A stretch of 35,631 nucleotides of DNA from Pseudogymnoascus verrucosus. Taxonomy: Eukaryota. The notes below the pieces were generated by a model. The model did no database searches. It saw only the letters and a list, made by a program, of their open reading frames with translations, and had not been told where the DNA came from. Shown here one piece after another: positions 23,417 to 35,631 of this stretch (its first letter is position 1; each line of letters opens with the position of its first letter). The stretch is taken from NCBI GenBank assembly GCA_001662655.1, contig KV460207.1; one strand, 5' to 3'. The translations under genes were made by a program, and so were the position numbers.

Positions 23417-24229
23417 ATGACGCCCCGTGCACTCACGCCATCCCCACCTCGGGGACACAATTCACCCTCCCACGCATCCAGCCGCATGCCGCCTCCCGTC
23501 AAGAAGCGCACCCTCCTTTGGGATTGGACTTCAGTTCGCGACTCGATCCCTCTCCCCGTTATTCCCACCAATTCCCCCATTTGCGCCTGCCATAATTGGA
23601 ACACATGGGCTCCACCCGATCTCCCCGCGCACGTCCCCTTTCGGCCGATGTTCCGCACGGTCGGGCAGCTACAGTTCCCTGAGTTCGAATATGCTCTCAG
23701 CCAGCCATACCCGATCATGCACTTCCTCAACGAGCCGGAGCGCGCAGATCTGACACCGGAGAGGGCCTGTGAGTTGTGGTTTGAGAAGATAGTCCCTCTG
23801 AGGCAGGAGAAGGGGACTAAGATTGTGGGACCAGCGGCGGCTAATGATCACCCCGGAACGGTCTGGTTGGATACGTTTATGGCTCTTGTTACGGCTCGGG
23901 ATTCGAGAGAGCGGCCTGACTTCCTCGGCCTACATTACTACGGCACTATTGCGGCTGAGGCTATAGGGTATTTGACGGACAGACATAGGAAGTATCCAGA
24001 CTTGCCAGTGAACATCAGCGAGATCGCGAGCATTAGCCGCGACAGGAGGCAGGTTGAGAAGTTTAGTAGGGAGATCGCAGAGTGGGCTGATAGGACGGAG
24101 TGGGTGGTAGAATATGGGTTTTTTGGGATGATGCAGGAGTGTGCGGATGAATTTGTGAGCCCTCAGGCACAGCTCATGGATAAGAAGGGGCAATTGACTG
24201 GATTGGGAAGATGGGTGGTTGGCGTCTGA
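23417..24229 (+). CDS. Glycoside hydrolase family 128 (Asl1-like beta-1,3-glucanase domain) without a signal peptide
   Basis: HNWNTW, VPFRPM, FLNEPE (acid/base), DFLGLHYY, ISEIA (nucleophile) and WVVEYGFFG. The true start may be the second ATG at 23486 (MPPPVKKR). Confidence 0.85.
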   Translation: MTPRALTPSPPRGHNSPSHASSRMPPPVKKRTLLWDWTSVRDSIPLPVIPTNSPICACHNWNTWAPPDLPAHVPFRPMFRTVGQLQFPEFEYALSQPYPIMHFLNEPERADLTPERACELWFEKIVPLRQEKGTKIVGPAAANDHPGTVWLDTFMALVTARDSRERPDFLGLHYYGTIAAEAIGYLTDRHRKYPDLPVNISEIASISRDRRQVEKFSREIAEWADRTEWVVEYGFFGMMQECADEFVSPQAQLMDKKGQLTGLGRWVVGV

Positions 24230-24238
24230 GGAAGAGGT

Positions 24239-24460
24239 GGTTCATAATAGCTGCTAGGACGCTTATTGTAGACTATAAATTCTTATTATAGCTTAAGTTG
24301 TTTATAGCAACTATAAAGAGGAGTGAAGTGCCTCAATAACTTAGGAACGGACGGTTCATAACAGTCGCCTAGGCGTTCAAATGAGCCTATAGATCCTAAT
24401 GTAACTAAAATTGCGTATAGCAACTATAATGAGGACGAAGACCCCTAATCACTTGTTATT
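24239..24460. repeat. Diverged tandem duplication of an AT-rich unit of about 114 bp
   Basis: GGTTCATAA at 24239 and 24353; TATAGCAACTATAA at 24303 and 24416; the intervening sequence aligns. Confidence 0.7.
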
Positions 24461-24733
24461 AACGCCCTTAAATTTGCTAGGAACTAAAAACTTGAGCTTA
24501 AGAGAGATTCTATTAGCTTTAACTCATTGTACTTTTGGCCAACCCTAAAAAACCCCTCAGCGGAAGCATTAGCCTATAAGCTACCCCGCATAACGCTAAA
24601 AAAAAGCTAGTGGAGAGCTTGGAGTGCGGTATCGCTATCGTACCAGAAGATGGCTTATCGCACACAATTTCCCCAGCCCCTCTCTTCTAAACTACCTATT
24701 GTTAATGATCTCAATTCTCAGAGTTCGCTCACC

Positions 24734-26774
24734 ATGGCAGCCTCTTCGGCTCCAGGCAGAGAAGACGCCATAATGGCCGTCGAACCAGGGCATGTCGTGA
24801 GACCTGGATCCCGGGCCTCGAGCAGCAATTCGACTGACCAGGACGGGTCATTTGCACGAAACAGGACGAGGACGAGCGCAGCGAGTGGGAGAGCGCCTGC
24901 GTGGTGGAAGGTCAGGCTCTTCCGGGGGATGGTGGAAGATGTAAGAAGGAGAGCACCCTTTTATTGGAGCGATTGGACAGATGCTTGGGATTATAGAGTC
25001 GTGCCAGCGACAGTATATATGTACTTTGCCAAGTAAGTATAGCCCTCGCCTTGCCAATCGCTCCGTAGAGCTAACTTTCTCCCACAGTATTTTGCCAGCC
25101 CTAGCCTTCTCTTTGGATATGTTTACGAAAACCGATATGAGCTACGGAGTCAATGAAGTGTTATTAGCGTCTGTTCTGGGGTCCATCGTCTTTGCCGTTC
25201 TGGCTGCGCAGCCCCTTGTTATTGTCGGCGTTACGGGACCCATCACGGTGTTTAATTACACGGTTTACGATATCATTACCCCTACGGGCACGAATTTCTT
25301 CGCTTTTATGTGCTGGGTTTGCCTCTGGTCACTAGTCATGCATTGGGCGCTTGCATTTACGAATGCTTGTAACGGGCTACGTTACGTCACGCGCTTCTCC
25401 TGCGATATATTCGGTTTCTACGTCGCATTTATATACATACAGAAAGGCATCCAAGTCCTCACGCATCAGGGCTACGATGAGGCCTTCTATCTATCCGTCA
25501 TGGTATCTCTACTTGTGCTTGGCTTTGCCTACGGTTGTGGCATCGTTGGCGAAAGCACCATGTTCCAGCATTACATACGAGTCTTCGTCAAGGACTACGG
25601 CACGCCGCTCACAATCGTGTTCTTCACTGGTTTTGTCCATATCGGACGCATGGATGGCGTCCAGCTACAAACCCTTCCAACCTCAAAAGCCTTCTTCCCA
25701 ACAGCCGACCGAGGTTGGCTCATCCACTTCTGGGATATCTCTGTATCTGACGTCTTCCTCGCCATTCCTTTCGCTATCCTCCTCACCATCCTCTTCTACT
25801 TCGACCACAACGTCTCATCCCTTATAGCACAGGGCTCCGAGTTCCCCTTACGAAAACCTGCTGGCTTTCACTGGGACCTCTTCCTTCTTGGCCTCACCAC
25901 CGGCGTCTCGGGCCTCCTTGGAATCCCCGCCCCCAACGGCCTCATCCCCCAAGCCCCTTTCCACACCGCCTCTCTATGCGTTACCAAGATTGTCCCTGCC
26001 TCCGAAGACAACGACTCCAAAGGCCATCCAACAGCAGTTATCGACCACGTCGTGGAGCAGCGAGTCTCGAACCTTGCCCAAGGCCTTCTAACCCTAGGCA
26101 CTATGACCGGCCCCCTCCTCATTGTCATCCACTTGATCCCGCGCGGTGTTCTCGCTGGCCTCTTCCTCGTCATGGGTGTCCAAGCCCTCGAAGCAAACGG
26201 CATCACGCTCAAGATTCTCTTCCTTCTCCGTGACCGCGCACTGACGCCGGCTTCGGACCCGCTACGACGCGTCAGCAAGCGCGCGCTTTACTACTTTGTG
26301 TCACTGCAGCTGCTAGGTTTTGCAGCCACGTTTGCGATCACGCAGACGATTGCTGCAGTGGGGTTCCCGGTCTTCATTTTTGCGCTTGTGCCGCTGCGGA
26401 CATGGGCGATGCCGAAGTGGTTCACGAGCGAGGAACTAGGGCTGATGGATGGGCCGACGGCGAGCGAGTTCACGATGGTGAGTGTGGGTGGGAATTTTGG
26501 GGAGGGGGATGGAGAAGGCGGTGGTAGCGGAGTGATGGCGAGCGCGGAGGATACGGCGGTTAGTAGCGATGAAGAGCTCGCGGAGAGGGGACAGCGGGTG
26601 GGTGCTGTTGCGACGAGGGATTTTGGGGATAAGGCACACCTCGGGGGAGGGGAGAGGGTCCAGCATCATGGAGTTGTTGGGGAGGAGATGGAGATGAGGA
26701 GGCTGAGTGGCGCAGCGAGGAGGAGGAGTACGGCGAGTAGACAAGGGGCACGTGCGGTGGACATAGATCGGTAG
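24734..26774 (+). CDS. BOR1: Borate exporter / SLC4 HCO3- transporter family
   Basis: Exons 24734-25032 and 25088-26774. Motifs RRAPFYWSDW, YFANILPALAF, QPLVIVGVTGP, TRFSCDIFG, FYFDHNVS, GFHWD, NGLIPQAP and VVEQRVSN. Confidence 0.95.
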
Positions 26775-27189
26775 AGAGATGGGTAGTTTGATAATTTAGC
26801 GGTTAGACGCTTTAGCTGGGAGATGTCTACAATCATCTAGTTTAGTTGATACGCTCCTCCCCATCCTCATCGAGATTCCGTGGAGAATATACACATATTT
26901 ATACATATTTATCTATCAACCATCCAACATCCCAACAAAAATTTCCCTCCTCCCCCGCCTTTCCCTTCCTCCTCTCCCAATCTCCGCCCACAGTACAAGT
27001 TGGTTTTTATCTATGGACGCCTAGGACAATGCAATTCGAGGATACAAATGTGTACACCAGAGAAAACAACAATGAGAAGAGTTGACGCACAGCAGGATAC
27101 ACCCGCCGACACTCATCGACCAGGCTCTCCCACCAATAAACACCCACCACACCACACCCTCCCCTCTACCCAAAACTTCACAACCCCAC

Positions 27190-29991
27190 TCACGCCGGAG
27201 TCGTCGGTGTCGGCCCCTCAGGCGGCACATCCTTGACCTCATCCGGGAACGGCGGCGGCGCGCTCTTCTTGTCCCCAGTACCAAAGTACTTCTCGAAGCT
27301 CTTGTGGTCCTCGAACGGCCTCTTTCCCAACAGCCTCACCATGTCCTCACGGCCCAGGACCTCCTTCTTCAGCAGCTCCTCGGCAATCAATCCGACCTCA
27401 TCCTTCTTCGCCTTCAGCAGATCCGAGCACTGGGTGTACGCCTCATCAATGATGCGGCGCACCTCAGCGTCGATGGTCTGCGCTGTCGACTCCGCGAATG
27501 GCTTGGTAAGCTTGTTTGGGTCGTCGGCGAAGTGCAGGGGGCCAAGTTTGGGAGACATGCCCCACTTCGTTACCATAGCCGTCGCCATCTTGGTCACCTT
27601 GTCGAAATCGTCACTGGCGCCGCTGGTCACAGTCGGGAAGTGCAGCTCCTCGCTCACGCGGCCACCGAGCGTCATAGCCATGCGGTCCATCAGCTGGTTG
27701 ACGTTCATCAGGTAGCGGTCGCCGGTGGGAAGGTACTGGGCGTAACCCAGCGCGCCCTGACCACGGGGAATGATGGAGACCTTGAGGAGCGGGTCGGCGT
27801 ACTTGAAGTACCAGCCGCAGATTGCGTGGCCGGCCTCGTGGTACGCGACGACCTTCTTCTCCTCGGGGTCGAGGACGAGGGACTTCTTCTCGAGACCACC
27901 AATAACGCGCTCGATGGCTTGCTCGAAGTGGGTCATCATGACAGATTCGGCGTTGGTGCGAGCAGCTGGTATCAGTTAGTATATGTTAAAACGACAATTG
28001 TAGGAAGAGGACTCACCAATAAGAGCTGCCTCGTTACAGCAGTTGGCAATATCGGCACCAGAGAATCCGGGGGTGAGAGTAGAGAGGCGTCCAGTCAAGT
28101 AATCGATATCCTCGTTCGTGACGATCTTTTTCAGGTGAACCCTGAAGATCTGCTCGCGACCAACCATAGTGGGGCGATCGATGGTGATGTGTCTATCGAA
28201 GCGGCCAGGACGCATGAGAGCCTTGTCCAAAACATCCGGTCTGTTCGTACCCGCCAGAACAACGACTTGATCCTTGGTGTTGAAGCCGTCCATCTCCGTG
28301 AGGATCTGGTTCAGCGTGCTCTCGCGCTCCTCGTTACCGCCTCCAAAGCCAGACTTCTCTCTCGACTTACCAATCGCGTCGATTTCGTCGATGAAGATGA
28401 TACAAGGGGTTGTCTTGCGGGCCATGGCGAACAGGTCGCGCACACGCGACGGACCGACACCGACGAACATCTCCATGAACTCGGAACCACTGACGCTGAA
28501 GAATGGCACGCCGGACTCGCCGGCCGTGGCCTTCGCCAACAGGGTCTTACCGGTTCCGGGAGGCCCGGACAGGATAGCACCGCGGGGAATCTTGGCGCCT
28601 AGCCTCGAGTAACGCTCTGGCGTCTTCAGGAAGCTGACGAACTCCATGATCTCCAGCTTTGCCTCGTCCATGCCTGCGACATCGGCGAACTTGACCTTAA
28701 TATCTGTCTCGTGGTTGAACTTCTTGGCTCTGCTCTTGCCCATGCCGAACATTCCGCCCTGTCCACCGCCACCACTTGCACCACCAGCCATACGGCGAAT
28801 CATGAAGATAGTGACACCGACAATCAGAAGCGTTGGTCCCAAGGAGATGGCGAGGTCCACAAGCGAACCCTCCTTAGTATAGCTGACCGGTATCCTCTCC
28901 CTGCTCGGGATAGCAAGCTGGTTTTGCGCCTCCTCGAGGTGCTGCTCGAAGGATTGCACGGACCCAATTGTGAAGTAGTAGTGGAAGTTAGGTTGCGCAG
29001 CTGGTGACTCTGGGTAGGCGCGCGCCGTGGCCTCGCGGTGCAGCACGACGCGCACGCGGTTCTCGTTGACGACGACAAGCTTCTCGACGAGGCCCTTCTC
29101 GAGGAACGTCGTCCGGAACTCTTGCCATGTGATGTCGCGCGAGTTCTCGCCCGGCACGACCATTCTGTAGAGCATGTAGGTTGTGAACGCACCTAGCATG
29201 GCAGTGTTGAAGTCCAGCTTGAGCTCGAAGGACTTAGGCCCGCCCTGCCCGCCGCCCTGCTGCCCTTGCTGTCCCTCCTGCTTGCCGCTCTTGTTCCCGC
29301 CAGGTGGCGGAGGTGCCTCGATCGGTTCCTCCTGCCCAGCCGGAGGAGCGAACTCGCTAAGTGACTTGCCCTTTGCTTCTAGTTCGATCACAATTTTCGC
29401 GAGGTTGAGCATGATCGCCGCCTCTTGTGTGCTCAACGGCTCTCCTCCCTTGTGCTTCTCAAGAATCCCGAGCAGTGCCTTCGGATAGCCCTTCTCCTTT
29501 AATAACCTCGCCGATACCTCCGATGACCAGGACTTTGGGAATGAAAACCCCTCCTTCAGCTCCTCAGTTATTCCCTCCAGCGCCACCGCATCCTCAGGCG
29601 AGAGCATCACTATCCCATTCCGCATGAGCTTCTGCGCGTTCTCCGCCGCCTGCCCATGGGCGAGACTCCCATGGAGAAATCCCAAATCCATCTCTTTCTC
29701 CGGGCCGGGGGTTGGCGGCTCAACCCCCTCCTCCACCTTCTTCACCTCCCCCTTCTCCACCTTCTTCTCCCCAGCCTCCTTATCCCCATTCTCCTTCTCC
29801 ACCTTCTTCTTCCCCCCCTCCTCCATCTTCATCCAAGAACTCCCACTCGTAAACCCCCTAGCCGCCACCATCCTCGCGCTCAACGGCACCGCACCCCGCC
29901 TCCCCAATCCATGCCTCGCCGCTATCCTCGTCGTCGCCGCCGCCACTCCCAGCCGCGCAATGCGCCCCGGCGTCCGCAAGAGCATGCTCAT
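27190..29991 (-). CDS. Mitochondrial m-AAA protease subunit (Yta12/Afg3-like FtsH family)
   Basis: Exons 29991-28017 and 27965-27190. Arg-rich presequence, two TM segments, Walker A GPPGTGKT, Walker [19 protein letters not shown] and zinc motif HEAGH. Confidence 0.95.
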
Positions 29992-31004
29992 CGCTCCTCC
30001 GTGCTCGGCCCGCGCGGGCTCGTCGTCAGCGCCGTCGTGTGCGGTCTCTCGTCGTTTTCAGCGGTAGTAATCGTGCGTTTCGTGTGGTTTATCTCATCCG
30101 GGACGTGTGCAATTCGGGAAGCGCACGCGTGTGTGTTTTGTTGGTTGGGATTGAGTGGTTTGCGCTGTGCAGGGGACGGGTTTTTTGGGGTCTGCTTGAT
30201 GGGTATGATGGTCGGGATGTAGTAGCTTCTCGCTAAATTGTTAAGAATATTCCGCGTAGCACCCGCCGATGCCTTGGGGAGAGAATGATTACATAATCAC
30301 GGAGCTACGTAGTTGCCATACCTCGGAGATACCTTACTGCCGGTCTTGGAAACCAACTTTTTGCTCTTAGTAGTTGTGCCAAGTATGTAGAAGTTTAAAG
30401 AAGGGGTTGTGGATAACAGCATTAATCATAGGAACTATGGTTTAAGAAAAAGCGTTTAATCGCTCAGAGTTGCAATTCGCAAGCTAACTCAGAAATGGAA
30501 CTAAAGAGATTATTCCCATTAGTTTAAAGTTTAAATTCCTAAGATCAATTCCCAGGCTCATGCACGCACTCTTAGTCTCTCACTTTTGCTCACTCATTCC
30601 AAGTCAACGCCCGTATGGTCCTCGCAGTAAGTATGTATAAAATCATTTTCAGATTCTCATAGCTCCATCTACAGCTCCCACCCCCTAGCACACCGCCCCG
30701 AACAATAACCTCGCCCCCATCGCGAAGCAAAATTTGAGTGAAGATCCGTTTCCCATCCCATCATACCCACAGCCCTCATAAATATCTCCTGGAAACCCCA
30801 TTCATACAGAGCAAATGCTCACCCTCGTCAAAAATCCCAAGCCAAAAACTCTCCGAAAACAAAAAGCAAAAGCCAAAAGAAGCCAGAGAAAAGACGAAAA
30901 GCATCCCGCTCTCCCCAACACCATCCCATCCCATCCCATCCCATGCCCTCTAATATAATACATTACTTCCCCCTCCCTCTCCCCCTTTTCAACAAAACTC
31001 ACAA

Positions 31005-33766
31005 TCACCTCTCCACCGCCCCCGGAACCCCAGCACCCCCAGCACCATCACCCATCCCCACCCCACCGCCCGTCAAATCCGCCCAATCCCACTCCAGTGT
31101 CATAGGCATATTCCACAAATCCGGCGGCACAAACGGCTGCTGGAAGCTCTGCGGGTTAATCGGGGAATGCGGATCCGCCCCCGACAAGTATCTACTCATA
31201 TCCGGGAACGGCACTCCCCCACCGCCACCACCATTCGCCGCCGCCGCCGCAGCAGCAGCCGCATTAGACAGATGTTCGAAATCCGTGGCGATCTCATGGA
31301 ACCCCGCATCAGACATCCAACTCATATCCTGCGCCTGCCCACCCCCCCTCCCATCCGCAGCCGAGTACGACGTCACATCCCCATACCGAAACTGCGGCGG
31401 GGTCTGCCCGGCACTACTGCTAGGCGGGGGTCTCGCAATCGGCGGCCTATTAACGCTAAGATTCGGGAGCACCTCATCGAGTTCCTTGCGCTTTCGGCGC
31501 GTAGTCGTGTCGCGATCGGCTTTGTCGAGGACGACGCGGGCGATGCGCTCGAATTCGGCGCAGACGCCGAGCATGCGTTTTACGCCTGTGTTTTCGTCTT
31601 CGCCGGCGAGCATGGAGAGGAAGTTCACGACGAGGTTCATGAGCCGGACGTCGGAGCGGGCGCGGGGGTCTTGGGGGTTTTGGAGGATGTTGCCGAAGAG
31701 GGTCATGAGGGCGGAGACGGGGTAGTAGAGGATTAGCCTGTGGGAGGGGAGGGTTAGTTTGTGTATTGTGATGTGGGGAAGGGGGGGGGGGTGATTGGAG
31801 GGGCTTACCAGACACAAGAGAAATCGCCTTGGGGAACGTATTTGACGAGGTGGATTGAGGCGCGTGCGGAGGATACACACAGCGCCGCGGACGAGAAGAC
31901 GCGCGGGTTAAGCGGTCGCGAATTCAGGCCCTGGATGGCGAAGTTGGAGAGTCGGCTTGTCCAGTAGCCGTGGTGGATGGACATGCGGTGGATGGTGGTG
32001 AGGCAGTTGTAGTATCCGAAATGTAGCACGACGACGTGGAGGATGAGTGGAGTATGCGATGCCTTGATTTCGTGCTCGGGGCGGAAGTCGATGGGGATGC
32101 TGTCTTTCCACTCCTCGAGCTGCTGGTCTAGCTCGCCGATTGTGTTGAGTAGTTCGCCGTCTGACTGTTTTGAGGCGCGCGTCGAGTAGAGCTGGGTGTA
32201 TACCTTGCTCACGATCGTGGAGAACTCGCACATTAGTCGGAACAGGTTGACCTTGCCCTTACCATCCGCCAGCGGGATGTTACCGATGTTGTCCTCTGGG
32301 TCCGCGCTCGGAAGCTCCACATTCATATCATCGTCATCCTGTACGGGCGGCCGCCCGAAGCGCAGGCAGATGTCCTTGTCGAGCATATACCCAATCCAGA
32401 AAACGCGCTTGCGCTGCTCAATCTCAATTGGGTTGAGGTTGAAGCCCGACCCGCGCTTGTGCAGCCCGATGCTGTGCGACAGCCTGATGGCGGATGCGAC
32501 CAGGAGGAACGACGGCTGCGGGTTCGGCGTGCCTTGCATGAATAGCGCCATGCCGAGGAGCGCTTGTACGCTGAGAAGATCGGTGTTGCGCATCGTTAGC
32601 TCGGTGTACACCGCCATGGCGTTCTTGAGGTAACCCCACGCCTTCTGGTCTTCCTCTTCCGGGACCAGATTGCTCATAACCCGTAGGCGATGCGCAATGG
32701 CGAGGGCGATATTCAAACTCGCCCACCATCCTGATCCGTCATATGGGTCGCGAGAATATTGTCGCTCGACGAGGTGCATGAAGGTCGGTTGGTGGAAGAG
32801 AGGGAACATGCAGTTGAAGTTCTCAAAGAAGTCCTTCAACAGAGACAACGCCTCTGCCTTCTGCGGAAGCTGGAGATATATGCGCCGCTCGAAGATATCA
32901 CCAAACACCTCCGGCTTCCAGTACACCCACTTATTGTCATCGACCGTCGCCTCCGCGATCATAGTCTGAAACGACTGATCGCCCGTCTTCTCATTCACCC
33001 ACTGTATTCCCTTGGGCGAGAATATCGAGAACCCCGACGACGACCCAATATACCTCGTCTCACCCTGATCATTAGTAACGAGCGAGCACATCAAATCCGA
33101 CAGCTCCTCCACCTCCTCCGCGGTCTTCTCCCCCACCCTCCGCTCCGACCCCCCCATCGTCCCCGGCGTGGGCACACTATTCGGGCTGTCGGACTCACCC
33201 TCCGCGCCCGGCGTCCCCCTCAGCGTCGTCGCCTGCGACGGCGACGTCGGGATCGAATCAGAGAAGTGACTCGCATCCCTCTTCGCAGACTCGCGACTCG
33301 CCAAGCGTTTCTCCAACATCCCCAAATCCGTACTCCCCCCATCATCCTCATTCAGCAGCCCCGACAACCTCAGCAGATTCTCCATCCTCCCCAGCCTATT
33401 CTCCAGCCCCTCAATATACTTCGCCCCCTTCGGCGGACTCCTCTTCTTCTCCACCTGCGTAAACACGCACTCGGTCTTGTAGTTTGTGCAATGGCTGCAC
33501 GCGGGCATCTGGCCATCGCACTTGATCTTCTTCTTCCGACACATGTCGCACGCGCGCGCGATGCGCCGCCGCTTCGCCTCGTTGCTGTCGTCGAGCAGGG
33601 TTCCCGCGTCGCCGAACATCCCAGAGGTGAGGCCCATGCCCTCGAGGCCGGTGAGGATGGGTGAGCCGTCCGCGGCGTAGGAGCCGAAGATCTGCGGCGG
33701 CGGGTCGTGGTTTAGGTGCGCGGAGGCGTGCATGGGGTAGGTGTGATGGTTGGGGTTGGGAGACAT
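31005..33766 (-). CDS. Zn(II)2Cys6 transcription factor with Fungal_trans domain, resembling the AtrR/FTF2 group
   Basis: Exons 33766-31809 and 31737-31005. [29 protein letters not shown]; middle homology region [32 protein letters not shown]-terminal [13 protein letters not shown]. The ortholog assignment is from memory and the start codon is uncertain. Confidence 0.88.
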
Positions 33767-34010
33767 GGTGGTCGTGGTCGTGGTTGCGCGTGGCGCTGTG
33801 GGTGGTGGTGGTTCTGTCGTCAGTCGCAAGACGGATGGTGGATGTGGGATGGTGTGAGCATGCCAGTCTCTCAGACCGGATGAGTTGGGATTATATGTGG
33901 CGGGGTTCGTGGTATTTCGTTTCTCGTTCCTCTTTCGCAGATATTATCGATCTTGATCTCTCGCCGCCGTTCCCATATAATTATTTGGTAGTGGTTCCCT
34001 CTCTATCTCT

Positions 34011-34233
34011 CTAGCGGCAACGAATTAGACTAGAGTACCATGATTCAAGCTGACAAACGTTATAAATTATTTTAGAAACGGTATTGAGCGAACAGTGCAA
34101 GCCGGGGAACAGAGTTTCCGGACTAGAAAGTCGCAGAGTAGAGTAGATCTTTTTGAATTGCCTAGTTGAGAGAGTTGAGAAGAAGAGAGAGGGGGGGGGG
34201 AAGAGTGAGGAGGAGGTAGGAGGGGTGACTTAC
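34011..34233 (-). other. Probable 5'-UTR intron of the Zn2Cys6 gene
   Basis: Minus-strand donor GTAAGT at 34233, pyrimidine-rich body, branch site CTAAT near 34028-34024 and acceptor TAG ending at 34011. Confidence 0.55.
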
Positions 34234-34589
34234 AAAGTATAATGCGATTGATGCCTTTGAATTCGGGGTTGGGCTTTTTTGGGGTTGGGGTATGTTGTAT
34301 GGGTATGGTATGGGTCTAGTGTTCTAGTCGGGGGTCGGAGATCGGGGGGGTCGGAGTCAAAGTTTAACGAGGCGCCGAAGGGAAGTCTCGATACGAATAC
34401 GCTTGGGTGGTTGCACACTCTAAACAGCTAAAAAGGGTACTTCTTTACTACTTTTTACTGTCCGCGGGGAGTGGAGTAGTAGTGTGGGCACGGAGGGGAG
34501 GGAATAATTCGAATATTCCATTTATTTTATTTATGAAGGAGAATTATGAATTTCACGGGATTTATTGAGGTATTAAATTGTGGGATTTT

Positions 34590-35631
34590 ATGGGAATTAT
34601 GGGAATTATGGGATTATGGGGTAATCGAATGGCCGATTGAGTGAATTATCCAAAGTATAATAATACCATAATACACCATATACCTACTTTAACTGCCTTG
34701 ACTCATCCGGCATACATCTTACATCTTACATCTTCACACTGTCCTATACTGTGTACAGCTTACTTCCTCCTCCACTCCTCCACTCCTCCACCATCTTTAC
34801 ACTCTACTTCTACTGTAAGACCAACGGCGCGCATGGCGTCAAGGAGTAAGACACATCTGTCTGAAGTCTCCCTTCCCGACCCCATCCATCCATCTAGTCT
34901 GATGTGAGAAGTGGAGCTAAATGGAGGGAGGCTTAGACGTACGTACGTACGATCATATACGGAATGGTATTATAATGGGTAAAAAGTGATCAGTCCAATC
35001 CAATCCAATCCAATCCAGTACAGTACAATACAGTATTATGGAGACAAAAAAAAGAACGGATAGGGCCAGTGTCAGTGTCAGTGCCATCATCATAGCGCAC
35101 TCTTACTAGGGACAGTTTATCTGCCTGCCATGTAACGTCCGAGGTTCCGTAGGTAGGCGACCAGTATTCTCCAACTCTCCAACTCCACCACCAGATGCAC
35201 GCACGACGCAGCAGCCTCGATCTTCAGCACCACAAAACAGACTCTCTCTATCCGTAAACTGATCGCACGAGAGTATCCGTTTCCAGCAACATCATGCAAC
35301 CTGCACTACAATCTAAATATCCCTCTCCCCTCTTTACTACTCCCTCCCTATCCCTCCCACAGACCCCCCGCCTCAAAACCGATCCCCCCCAATGTTTCAC
35401 CCCCCCAACCCCCCCCAATCCCGCACCCCCCCCCCCCCCCCCCAACCCCCCAAACAAATCCAAGAAAGGAAGCTGCTTCTCCCTCCTCGGTGTACGCATC
35501 CACCACCACAGCCCCCAGCTCGCCCAGCCCAACCCAGCATAACCCAGCACAACCCACCAGCCCAGCACAGCACGCACACTCATCCCATCCCCCATCCCTC
35601 CTCGCATCATTTGTCACCCCCCCCCCCCCCC
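34590..35631. repeat. Low-complexity region: (GGGAATTAT)n, (ACGT)n, (CCAAT)n and long poly-C runs
   Basis: Repeats at about 34590-34620, 34937-34951 and 34995-35017. C-runs at 35400-35450 and at the window end. Confidence 0.8.

Noticed and set aside
27082..28602. 506-aa plus-strand ORF
   Set aside because: It is the antisense shadow of the GC3-biased m-AAA protease CDS and has no recognisable motifs.
32759..33664. 301-aa plus-strand ORF (and the 260-aa ORF at 30943-31725)
   Set aside because: Both are antisense shadows of the Zn2Cys6 gene and are low complexity.

Overview
Eukaryotic DNA from a filamentous ascomycete. The short GT-AG introns carry CTAAC/CTRAT branch points; a Leotiomycete origin is my impression only. 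I built 15 protein-coding gene models by hand. In order: glucosidase II beta subunit (3'-truncated by the window edge), a BTB-like conserved protein, an MCH-type MFS transporter, an F-box protein, a GST, a 14-exon sugar/polyol porter, a transaldolase-family enzyme, a bHLH transcription factor, peroxisomal adenine nucleotide carrier ANT1/PMP47, a PIR-repeat cell wall protein, a MOSC protein, a GH128 with no signal peptide, borate exporter BOR1, an m-AAA protease and an AtrR/FTF2-like Zn2Cys6 factor. The most interesting region is 10.4-16.6 kb. There a sugar/polyol transporter is divergently paired with a 'transaldolase' that has the catalytic signature of fructose-6-phosphate aldolase (Gln/Tyr instead of Glu/Phe) and lacks both phosphate-binding basic residues. 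A CACGTG-class bHLH gene is adjacent. An identical 11-bp E-box element lies upstream of both the aldolase and the bHLH gene. This suggests a small self-regulated module for catabolising a non-phosphorylated sugar (inference). I recognised no RNA genes, intact transposons or CRISPR arrays.
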